Virus record (IMG/VR): IMGVR_UViG_3300025133_000020 | From: a virus | Lineage: Duplodnaviria; Caudoviricetes | Length of the DNA stretch: 64,000 nucleotides | Direction: 5' to 3' (one strand) | Shown here: one piece after another, positions 1 to 8,750 of the stretch | How positions within the stretch are numbered: the stretch's first letter is position 1 | How the letters are laid out: each line of letters starts with the position of its first letter | Notes under the pieces: model-generated | Told to the model about the DNA's origin: nothing | Database searches by the model: none | What the model saw: only the letters and a program-made list of their open reading frames with translations | Program-made: the position numbers and the translations under genes

Positions 1-265
1 TACCATTAATAGAGTTTTTGGTACCTTCAGCACCAATCTTCATTCTAAGGTCTTTAGGGTGCTTCGCTTTTTGTATTGAGCTACCCAGCGTATCATCAAT
101 CCACTTAAGCATTGCGGTATCACCATTATCCTTATCTTGCTTACCATCCAACTCAGATTTAATCTTCTTCATATTGGAATACGACAAAGATTTATTACCC
201 TTAGCTAACATTACCAACTTCTCTGGAACAGGGAAGGATTTATTTTGTAAGTCTAGATTCGGCAT
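1..265 (-). CDS. Hypothetical protein, partial (runs off window start)
   Basis: Manual translation from ATG at 265 (MPNLDLQNKSFPVPEKLVML...) is open to position 1. It overlaps the end of the 240..869 ORF and is not in the ORF track. Confidence 0.7.
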   Translation of the reverse strand, partial: MPNLDLQNKSFPVPEKLVMLAKGNKSLSYSNMKKIKSELDGKQDKDNGDTAMLKWIDDTLGSSIQKAKHPKDLRMKIGAEGTKNSING

Positions 266-869
266 CTGATAGCAGTTTTTCTAATTTCTTCTTAGCGTCT
301 GGGTCTAAATCTTTTATCTTATCTATAAGGTCATCGATATGAGCTTTCTTACTTAAGTCTAAATCGACCTTCTTAATTGAAATCTCATCATCTTTCTTGG
401 TAAGCATCTTTTCAACCATTTTGGTCATAGCCTCTTCCAGACCTTCACCAATACCTACACCACCTTCAGGAGTTTCTAAGTCCATATCACCAACTAAACC
501 GTGTGAGCCACCTACCCATGGAACCCATGAGCCTGTATTCACTCGTCTACCGTGACTGTAGTATGTACCACCAAGACCACCATAAGCAGCTTGCCAGTCA
601 GGTCCTTGGCTGGTTTTAGCACGAACATCATCAGTTGTTGTCGCAATACCCTTCACATAATTCGAAGTCTTCTGCGCCTTCTTAGGTTTTTGTATGGGTC
701 CTGTCTGAATATTAGCTTCATTACCATCTGGTACCGAACCACCAATTGGGGTAGCATCAGCGTTTACCAATTCTTCTATAGTTTCCTCATCCTCAATACC
801 TTCACACGCACATTCGATTAATGGTGTCTTATATTCTTCCAAAAAATTACTTTTCTTAAAGGTTCTCAT
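240..869 (-). CDS. Hypothetical phage protein, probably late/virion-associated
   Basis: 209 aa ORF with phage-like codon usage; TATTTAT motif on the minus strand at 887-893. Confidence 0.75.
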   Translation of the reverse strand: MRTFKKSNFLEEYKTPLIECACEGIEDEETIEELVNADATPIGGSVPDGNEANIQTGPIQKPKKAQKTSNYVKGIATTTDDVRAKTSQGPDWQAAYGGLGGTYYSHGRRVNTGSWVPWVGGSHGLVGDMDLETPEGGVGIGEGLEEAMTKMVEKMLTKKDDEISIKKVDLDLSKKAHIDDLIDKIKDLDPDAKKKLEKLLSDAESRLTK

Positions 870-886
870 TTAATTTCGTCTTTATT

Positions 887-916
887 ATAAATATACCGCT
901 AATCCCCAATATTTAT
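887..916. promoter_or_regulatory. Back-to-back divergent TATTTAT late-promoter-like motifs
   Basis: TATTTAT on minus at 887-893 (before the 869 start) and on plus at 910-916 (before the 933 start). Confidence 0.6.
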
Positions 917-932
917 TAGTAAATCTAATGTA

Positions 933-1973
933 ATGCCTTTTAGAACACAACTAGACTTATCAAATAACCGTCAAGCTAAGGAACGACAAAGAACTATCAC
1001 CCAATTATCGGGTGCTACTATATTCGGAGTTCCATTCAGCGCGATGACTTCAGGTCCTGACTATCAGAACGAAGTCATCACCTCAAGCGTAAGCGGTTTA
1101 ACGAGTACTTTCACAGGTACGAGTGCTACCACAGTTTATACTTGGGCGCAACCTAATATGGTATTGGGAGAGCCTGTTTTAAGTGCTCTAACCCCTTCTA
1201 ATAGTGGTATCACTCAGAATACCGATAGCGTATTCTCAGCATGGACAACAACAACAATAGATGGTAATACAGTGGTATTAACATACTCAGGGGTTAGCTT
1301 TGACGTTAAACCTAATCAAATGGTGCAGTTAGCACCTAACTTATTTAGTGGTAATACCAATACGAATGTGTTAAATTACCTATCGGCTGGTACATTGGAC
1401 TTCACAGGAAGAACGATATGGGCTGATAATCCAGAAATAACAAGGACAGATAGACTGATTGTTAGTAGAAACCCAACAATTGGGTACGTTCTTACATGTA
1501 TTGATAATGAGGGTATGGTCGGGTGGTTCCCATCTTCTGGTGGAACCACTGGTGGAACAAGTACGGACGTATTCGTTACTGGTGGTACTTGTAGTGGATT
1601 AGAGATGACATTCACCAATAATACGGGTGGAACGTTCACCGTAACTGGTTGTACCTCAAGTGGTGGTACACCATCTAGTGCCGCAACGATTGATTTAATT
1701 GCTTCTACGACCAGTAGTGCTTATACAATGACTAATCTTGTTGATACGGTATTTATAGACTGTACCACTACTAATATTACAGCTACATTACCATCAATGA
1801 TTGGTAATGGTGGTAGAGTTTTAACGGTGGTTAGAACTGATAATACCGTTAACACTGGTACACTATCGGTAGGTGGGGTAGGATTTGTACAGGGAGCAGC
1901 ATCAGTGAACGTAGCAGCACAATCATCAATAACAGTAGTTTGTGACGGGGTTACTGGGTGGTGGATTAAATAA
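933..1973 (+). CDS. Ser/Thr/Gly-rich virion structural protein
   Basis: 346 aa; DVFVTGGT module shared with the fibre genes; 11 [ST]GxT motifs; beta-rich C-terminal domain. Confidence 0.7.
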   Translation: MPFRTQLDLSNNRQAKERQRTITQLSGATIFGVPFSAMTSGPDYQNEVITSSVSGLTSTFTGTSATTVYTWAQPNMVLGEPVLSALTPSNSGITQNTDSVFSAWTTTTIDGNTVVLTYSGVSFDVKPNQMVQLAPNLFSGNTNTNVLNYLSAGTLDFTGRTIWADNPEITRTDRLIVSRNPTIGYVLTCIDNEGMVGWFPSSGGTTGGTSTDVFVTGGTCSGLEMTFTNNTGGTFTVTGCTSSGGTPSSAATIDLIASTTSSAYTMTNLVDTVFIDCTTTNITATLPSMIGNGGRVLTVVRTDNTVNTGTLSVGGVGFVQGAASVNVAAQSSITVVCDGVTGWWIK

Positions 1974-1994
1974 TGAATAATAAAACAAAAGATA

Positions 1995-3671
1995 ATGACT
2001 TACATACCTAACGAAATTAATAGAATATCAACACTGAACTCACTAACAGGTGGGACGATGGCTGTTGATGGTGGTTACACTGGGACTTCGGAAAATATAT
2101 CTAACTATACCACACTTTCCGTGTCAGTATACACCCCCTTTGGTACCAACTTAAATGGTACCGTATGGTTGGAAGTGTCAAGAGATGATGTAAATTGGAA
2201 TACTATTCCTAGAACACTTCGAAATTCGTCTGTAGCACAACCTATAACATTTTTAGTAGCCGAGGAATACTTCAGATTAAGGTTTGAGAATGGGCAAGAC
2301 GGAGGTGGAAATCCTATCGATACTGTCTCAGCATCTACTATGCAAATGCAAACGATGTTCTCCACCACAAGACCTATGTTTATTGGTCACGAAATGGGTG
2401 AAACTATATACGATTGGACTGGTGGTGTGGTTAGTAAATCAGTCCTAACTGGTAGTTTACCATCAGGTAACTACGCTAACGTGAAGGTTAATTCTGAAGG
2501 TTCTTTGAACACTAGTATTACTAGCCCAAGAACCGCATTCGGTGAGTTACAAATGGCACAATTTACCCCAGCAATTCAAGTATCTTTCCAATATGATGTG
2601 GTCAACACTGATATTATCTCCAGTGGTGATACTGGTGGTGGTGGAACTATTAGTCAAGCTAACGGATTAATGACGTGTAGTACTGGTGCTAATACTGACG
2701 CAATCGGTAGTGCGGAGAGCATTAGGAAATTAAAGTATAGAGCTGGTCAAGGAGTAATGGCTAGATTTACCGCTATTTTTACAAGCGGTGTTACTGGTAG
2801 CCTACAAAAAATAGGTATAGGTAATGAGGTTGATGGGTTCACCTTTGCGTATTCTGGAGAAACGTTTGGGGTGATAAGGACTGATAGCGGTACCGAATAT
2901 TTTACACCACAATCGGCTTGGACTATTGACGTATGTGATGGTAGCGGTTCTGTTATGAATCCAAGTAATATTCTATTAGACCAAACAAAGGGTAATGTTT
3001 ATCAAATACAATTCCAGTGGTTAGGTTTTGGTTCTATCAAATACTTCATAGAAAAACCATCTTCGGGTGATTTTACTTTAGTACATGTGGATGAATACTC
3101 TAATAATCACACAAGACCTTCAGTACATAACCCAACGTTGCCACTCCATTTACATGCGGAGAATACCACAAACAATACTGATATAACCCTTCAATGTTCT
3201 AGTATGGGGGCATTTGTAGAGGGGGAAGAAGCGTTCTTAGGTCCTACCAACGCTTTTGAAAATACTAAAGGTGTGAATACCGAGACTTCAATATTCTCAC
3301 TATCTGGTAAAACAAGTTATGGTGGTCAAGTAAATTTAGTTGAAGCTATCGTACAAATGTTATCTGTAGGTAATGAGACTAATAAGAACGCTATCTTTAG
3401 AATTTGGGAGGATTGTACTTTGGGTGGTTCACCTTCATATCAAGATATTAATACCAACAACTCTATTGTTCAAGTGGACACGTCTGGAACAACGGTATCT
3501 GGCGGTAAATTAGTTTACGCAGTTGTGGTAGGAAAAGATAGTGGTGAAGGGTTTAACCTAAAGGAATTAGATATTAGGTTAAGACCAGGACACACCCTAA
3601 CATTCACATGTTCAACGGTTGGTGGTACAGATGATAAAAATATTGCCGTAGTTTGGATTGAAGATTTCTAA
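1995..3671 (+). CDS. Putative virion structural protein with lectin-like beta domain
   Basis: 558 aa; contains a phage-family-like block (RTAFGEL...KYRAGQG...YQIQFQWLGFG). Function inferred from position and composition. Confidence 0.6.
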   Translation: MTYIPNEINRISTLNSLTGGTMAVDGGYTGTSENISNYTTLSVSVYTPFGTNLNGTVWLEVSRDDVNWNTIPRTLRNSSVAQPITFLVAEEYFRLRFENGQDGGGNPIDTVSASTMQMQTMFSTTRPMFIGHEMGETIYDWTGGVVSKSVLTGSLPSGNYANVKVNSEGSLNTSITSPRTAFGELQMAQFTPAIQVSFQYDVVNTDIISSGDTGGGGTISQANGLMTCSTGANTDAIGSAESIRKLKYRAGQGVMARFTAIFTSGVTGSLQKIGIGNEVDGFTFAYSGETFGVIRTDSGTEYFTPQSAWTIDVCDGSGSVMNPSNILLDQTKGNVYQIQFQWLGFGSIKYFIEKPSSGDFTLVHVDEYSNNHTRPSVHNPTLPLHLHAENTTNNTDITLQCSSMGAFVEGEEAFLGPTNAFENTKGVNTETSIFSLSGKTSYGGQVNLVEAIVQMLSVGNETNKNAIFRIWEDCTLGGSPSYQDINTNNSIVQVDTSGTTVSGGKLVYAVVVGKDSGEGFNLKELDIRLRPGHTLTFTCSTVGGTDDKNIAVVWIEDF

Positions 3672-5338
3672 TGGGCGCTAACATACATAATTACGATTTA
3701 AACAACCTCAAGTTGAGAGTATCCAATAAGGATTATTGGGACTTTAATCTTGTTGATGGAGATGTTCTGGGTTCCGCATATACTGGGGTTACATCGGGTT
3801 CATGCTTCATAACTCATTTCGACTTCAATAACCCTAACATCTATTCAACTGGTTCAACATCTGCCGACACTATCTATTCACTTAGAAGCTGGGAAGATGC
3901 TGTTAACACTGGGTATACACTTACCACTATTGGTATCACAGGAATCGATAATGGTCTGGTCACATTCGATAAAGCTACTGGCGATACGAGCAATACCGCC
4001 TTATTATCAGCCTTAACTGGTACAACGTTAGTTATACCTTCAGGTGATAGTAGATTCATAATGAATCGTGTTACTGGTATGACAGAACAATACATTTACC
4101 CTATCGATATTATGTCAGGTTCAAGTGGTAATCACGCAAGATTGTGTGGTGGGTTCTATCAAGGATACTACAAGTTGGATGGATACAACTATGAGGTGCT
4201 ACCTAACAGAGTACCTAAAGGGTGGACAGCCGAACTATGGGTCAATAAGTCAGATACGGTTTGTAGTGGCTATACGGGCACGACATTGAATGACGACTTC
4301 CCAGATAATAAAGGGTTCTTCTTCTACATGGGTACCAGAGCAGAAAATAAATTCTGGACAGTATTCGGTGGGGTGGATTCTGGTTGCACAAGTGCGTGTA
4401 CCGTACCTTTAGGATGTGTGGATACGGTAACAGAATGGTGTACAGTACCTAAAGAAACAAACATAACATTAGCTGATGGTCACGCTCTAAGCCCACCACC
4501 AACCAGATTCATTACCGTTACAAACGGATTCTTGATTTATGGTAATGGTGCTGGAGGTACTAACCATTACGGTGTTACATATCCTGAAGGTAAAATGGCT
4601 AGAAGCTTTACTGGAGATAGTGTGACTTATATAGCTCGTTCTCAGACGGTTACGGATTTTAGAAATCCATTCTCAATTTATTGCGAATCGTGTAGAAACA
4701 GTAATTGTAATAATGGTTGCGAGACTGTTCAAACATATTCTGGCGCTACTACGAGTGAATTAACTTTAGATGTTGATGCTGATATTATAGATAACGCTAT
4801 AGGGTTCAGGGTGAAGGATGACGGTAGTATTGGGTATAGATTGCTTAGTGTTACTGGTGCGTGTTCTGGTGATACATACACATCTGGTGTTACCGTAACG
4901 GAAGATTATTCGGTTAGTGGTACTGTAAGTGGTGATGTATGGACTAACATAGCTGTTAGGTTCTTCGCGTATGAGACCTATGATGATGATGAATTGGCTT
5001 GTAGTGCAAGACGATTGGGTAGGTTAAGTATATATGTGAATGGTAAGTTGAAGTTATGGGTGGATGACTTCTTAGAGATAGTACCAAGGCGACTTGAAGA
5101 GGATAAGTCTAAACAGGTCGCGGTACCGTATAACATAAGTGTAGGTGGTGGTTCTCAGGGATTATTGGAGAGTATGACGTTTGATGGTCAAGACCCAAGC
5201 GATTTAGGGTTAAATATAGAACAGAATTTTGCTGGAACCTTCGTTGGTGACATCTCACAATTCAAGTTCTATGCCTGTGATTTGAGTTGGGTTGACATCC
5301 AGAACGATTTTAATCAAGAATTATCTAGATATAGCTAA
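3671..5338 (+). CDS. Virion protein with LamG/concanavalin-A-like domain and Cys-rich inserts
   Basis: GWTAELW...WTNIAV...LSIYVNGKL...FVGDISQFKFY pattern typical of LamG folds; TAATG overlap with the upstream gene. Confidence 0.6.
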   Translation: MGANIHNYDLNNLKLRVSNKDYWDFNLVDGDVLGSAYTGVTSGSCFITHFDFNNPNIYSTGSTSADTIYSLRSWEDAVNTGYTLTTIGITGIDNGLVTFDKATGDTSNTALLSALTGTTLVIPSGDSRFIMNRVTGMTEQYIYPIDIMSGSSGNHARLCGGFYQGYYKLDGYNYEVLPNRVPKGWTAELWVNKSDTVCSGYTGTTLNDDFPDNKGFFFYMGTRAENKFWTVFGGVDSGCTSACTVPLGCVDTVTEWCTVPKETNITLADGHALSPPPTRFITVTNGFLIYGNGAGGTNHYGVTYPEGKMARSFTGDSVTYIARSQTVTDFRNPFSIYCESCRNSNCNNGCETVQTYSGATTSELTLDVDADIIDNAIGFRVKDDGSIGYRLLSVTGACSGDTYTSGVTVTEDYSVSGTVSGDVWTNIAVRFFAYETYDDDELACSARRLGRLSIYVNGKLKLWVDDFLEIVPRRLEEDKSKQVAVPYNISVGGGSQGLLESMTFDGQDPSDLGLNIEQNFAGTFVGDISQFKFYACDLSWVDIQNDFNQELSRYS

Positions 5339-5396
5339 GTATTTCACTATTTACTAATAAATAACGTATCGACCTGCGCTTGTCGTGGGTCAGATA

Positions 5397-5403
5397 TATT
5401 TAT
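5397..5403 (+). promoter_or_regulatory. TATTTAT late-promoter-like motif
   Basis: Exact motif 14 nt before the fibre A start; variant TATTTAC at 5348. Confidence 0.55.
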
Positions 5404-5417
5404 AAAAGAAACGATAG

Positions 5418-8400
5418 ATGGCAACTAATAGATTGAAATTAAGAAGCACCGCAAGTCCCTATACTTTCCCACAACCAGATACAGTAAAGGGGTCGGTATT
5501 AAGTTGGGGCGAAGTTGACAACAACTTCATATTCCTTAAGGGTCTTAACATAAAGAACGGTGTGTATGATAGTGGTACTTCTACTATCACTCTTAATCGA
5601 ATAGATGGTACTACAGTTAGCATATCTGGTATTACTGCTGGTGGTGGTGGTACTGGGAATACTGCATACTCATCTATCGATAACTACGTTTCTGCCGTAA
5701 CTAAAACAATTACTCACAATCTTGGAACTACAAGTATCGTTGCTCAATTGGTTGACACTGGGGCTAACGAACAAATCGTAGGTTACCTTAATAACTACCA
5801 ACTTAATTCTGTAGATGTTCTACTTAGTGATACAATACCTGACGTTGAGATATCAATCGTAAGTGTTGGTGGTAGTGGAGCTACTGTTGGTGGTGTGGAT
5901 GTTTTCGTAACAGGTGGTACATACAGTGGTAGTAATATATTATTCGTTAATAATACTGGTGGTACGTTCTCAGTAAGTGGTATTACTGGTGGTGGTGGTT
6001 CTGGTGCTACAATGTTCACATCTACCGATAACTACGTTTCTGGTGTAACTAAAACAATTACTCACAACTTAGGTACTGATGGTGTTATGGTTCAATTGAA
6101 CTACAATAACGAATTGGTGGTTGGTGAGGTAAATAATTATCAAACCAATTCTGTTGATGTGACGATGAGTCAGACCTTGAATAACGTTAAGACGTTAGTT
6201 CTTGGAGGACCTATTACAAGTGGTGGTACTGGTGGTACGGATGTTTTCGTAACTGGTGGTACATATACAGGTACAACAATCATATTCACAAATAACTCAG
6301 GTGGTACATTCAGTGTTAGTGGTATTACTGGTGGTGGTGGTACAGGTACAACTGTATATGAATCAACAGATAATTACATCTCTGGTGTAACTAAAACAAT
6401 TACTCACAGTCTTGGAACGACAAGCATCCTATCACAATTAATTGATACTGGAGCTAATGAAATGATTGATGGGTTCATAGATAACTATCAAACCAATTCT
6501 GTTGATGTTACGTTAAGTCAAACTCTGAACGGTGTTAAGATAGTAGCTGCAAGTATTGGTGGTTCTGGTAGTACTTCACCTGCTGGTTCAGATACATGGG
6601 TTCAATATAATGATAGTGGTTCATTTGGAGCCACAAGTGGTTTTACTTGGGATGGAAGTGAAAAATTAGATGTAACTTCAAACTACAGTGGTTCAACTCA
6701 AAAATTAGTTATCGGTAACCCTAATTTAGCTGGATTAGCTGATTATGATGGTGTGAGTATGACATATAGGAATCCTTTATCTGGTGGAACAAGTGTTATC
6801 ACAGCAGGTAATTTATCTGGTCTTAGTGGGGAAGATAACCATACTGTAGTGGGTTACGTTGATTTTCTGGGTAGTGTGCAACACATGATTACCGCAAGTC
6901 CAGTTACTGGTCTAGATATGTCATCTGAGGTTGGTAGTGATACCGCTAAATTCAACTTAGAAGCTGGTGAAAATGTTAGAGTTGATGTAAATAGTACTGC
7001 CACTACCGCATTCCAAGTTTACGATGGTAATACTGGTACTATCAGATTTGCTGTTGACGTTAACGGTGGTGGTGTTACAATTAATGATTCATTCACATTC
7101 CCTAACGGTGATGGTAATAATGGGCAAGTATTACAAACAGACGGAGTAGGAAACGTAACATGGGAAGATGTTAGTGGTGGTACGGGTAGTACTTCACCTG
7201 CTGGGTCTGATACTCAAATACAATTCAACGATAGTGGTTCATTCGGAGCCAATACTGGTTTTACATTCAGCCCTTTGAGTGGTAACGTGTTATCAGTACA
7301 ATCAGGTTACGGTACAAGTGGTAGTACCACTAAAATGTCCAGACAATTTGTGGGTATAGACTCATTATCATCAATTGAGGGTGCTGGTACACTGTATACC
7401 AATAGTGACGCACCTAATTACGCAACTATAAACGCTATAGGTAATTTGAATACTTTAGGTTTAAGTGATAATGGTGTCGTAGTAGGTAACTTTAATTTCG
7501 GTGGTGGTAGAGTAGGTTTATTTGCTGAGACTGGCGCTACTCAAATGGCGTTAGTAGACAACAACGCTAATTATAATTCTAATGTTTTAGTCGATTATAT
7601 TGGGATAGGATTGAACTATGTTAGTGGTAATACCGAATCATCATTACAAGTTGGTAATGGTGGTGTTCAAGCTCATTTGAATCCAGTATCTGGCGACACA
7701 AAACAATTTGCCGTAACTAATGGTAGTGGTGTTAATTATTTTTCAGTAGATTATAGTCCACAGTATGGTTATAGTGGTATCACATTCTTTGAAGCATACA
7801 CGTTCCCAACAACTGATGGGTCTGCTAACCAAGTACTGGAAACAAATGGTGTCGGTGAATTATCGTGGGTTAGTGTATCAGGTGGTGGTTCATCAATAAT
7901 GGTAGTTGGTGGTGGAAGTAATTCTACAGTTAGAGACGGTGTTGGTAACCAAGCTACAAGTGACCGTTCAGCCGCATTAGGTGGTGGTGGTAATACTGCT
8001 TCTGGTTATTACTCAACTATTGCTGGTGGTAGTACTAATGAAGCTGGTGGTAATTGTTCATTCGTAGGTGGTGGACAAAGTAACAGTGGTACCACGGAAT
8101 ACTCAACTATTGGTGGTGGTTGTGGTAATACCGCTTCAGGTACTTATGCAACGATTGCTGGTGGTGGTGGAATGATGGGTGGTAACTGCGCTACTGGTTG
8201 CGCTTCATTCATTGGTGGTGGTGGTGCTAATACAGCATCTGGATATTATTCAGTAGTTGCTGGTGGTGGTGGAATGGGTGGTAGTAATTCCGCTTCAGGT
8301 AACTACTCTGCCGTTTTAGGTGGTTATGGTAATACCGCTATTGCTCATGGTTCAACAGTTGGTGGTGGGTATAATAACACAGCTTCAGGTTATTATTCAG

Positions 8401-8726
8401 TAGTAGCTGGTGGTAATGGTAATACCGCTTCAGGTTTCTGTTCAACGATTGTTGGTGGGCAAGATAATACTGCTGGTGGAGCTAAGGCTGCCATTGTTGG
8501 TGGTTTAAATAATACAGCATCGGGTGATTACTCATTCGTTGGTAATGGTAATAATAATACTGATAGTGGGTGCTCATGCGCAATGATTGTTGGTAGTAAT
8601 ATAACCGCAGATAGAGCTTGTACAACATTCATGAATAACCTATCAGTAAAGAATATTCCAACAAGCGCTGCTGGATTACCTTCAGGTTCTGTATGGAGTT
8701 CTGGTGGAACATTAATGATAGTATAA
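5418..8726 (+). CDS. Tail fibre/adhesin-like protein A
   Basis: 1102 aa. N-terminal KGSVLSWGEVDNNF attachment-type motif; 3x ITH(N/S)LGT repeats; 2x FP..DG.NGQVL.T.G.G...W; about 13 copies of a 15-aa xSxIGGGxxNxASG repeat. Confidence 0.8.
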   Translation: MATNRLKLRSTASPYTFPQPDTVKGSVLSWGEVDNNFIFLKGLNIKNGVYDSGTSTITLNRIDGTTVSISGITAGGGGTGNTAYSSIDNYVSAVTKTITHNLGTTSIVAQLVDTGANEQIVGYLNNYQLNSVDVLLSDTIPDVEISIVSVGGSGATVGGVDVFVTGGTYSGSNILFVNNTGGTFSVSGITGGGGSGATMFTSTDNYVSGVTKTITHNLGTDGVMVQLNYNNELVVGEVNNYQTNSVDVTMSQTLNNVKTLVLGGPITSGGTGGTDVFVTGGTYTGTTIIFTNNSGGTFSVSGITGGGGTGTTVYESTDNYISGVTKTITHSLGTTSILSQLIDTGANEMIDGFIDNYQTNSVDVTLSQTLNGVKIVAASIGGSGSTSPAGSDTWVQYNDSGSFGATSGFTWDGSEKLDVTSNYSGSTQKLVIGNPNLAGLADYDGVSMTYRNPLSGGTSVITAGNLSGLSGEDNHTVVGYVDFLGSVQHMITASPVTGLDMSSEVGSDTAKFNLEAGENVRVDVNSTATTAFQVYDGNTGTIRFAVDVNGGGVTINDSFTFPNGDGNNGQVLQTDGVGNVTWEDVSGGTGSTSPAGSDTQIQFNDSGSFGANTGFTFSPLSGNVLSVQSGYGTSGSTTKMSRQFVGIDSLSSIEGAGTLYTNSDAPNYATINAIGNLNTLGLSDNGVVVGNFNFGGGRVGLFAETGATQMALVDNNANYNSNVLVDYIGIGLNYVSGNTESSLQVGNGGVQAHLNPVSGDTKQFAVTNGSGVNYFSVDYSPQYGYSGITFFEAYTFPTTDGSANQVLETNGVGELSWVSVSGGGSSIMVVGGGSNSTVRDGVGNQATSDRSAALGGGGNTASGYYSTIAGGSTNEAGGNCSFVGGGQSNSGTTEYSTIGGGCGNTASGTYATIAGGGGMMGGNCATGCASFIGGGGANTASGYYSVVAGGGGMGGSNSASGNYSAVLGGYGNTAIAHGSTVGGGYNNTASGYYSVVAGGNGNTASGFCSTIVGGQDNTAGGAKAAIVGGLNNTASGDYSFVGNGNNNTDSGCSCAMIVGSNITADRACTTFMNNLSVKNIPTSAAGLPSGSVWSSGGTLMIV
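5684..6550 (+). repeat. Three ~60-codon ITH(N/S)LGT repeat units in fibre A (fourth copy in fibre C, ~13655-13850)
   Basis: Units start near 5684, 6021 and 6363; the DNA gtaactaaaacaattactcaca is shared by all three. Confidence 0.85.
7950..8600 (+). repeat. 45-nt degenerate coding tandem repeat (beta-solenoid), about 13 units
   Basis: Consensus xxSxIxGGxxNxASG; Gly almost always encoded by GGT. Confidence 0.85.
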
Positions 8727-8750
8727 ATAATATAGAATAAAAACAATAAA

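Noticed and set aside
5371-5391. GC-rich hairpin between two late motifs
   Set aside because: It has two G-U pairs and no U-tract, so it does not support a terminator or ncRNA call; it may be only an mRNA stability element.
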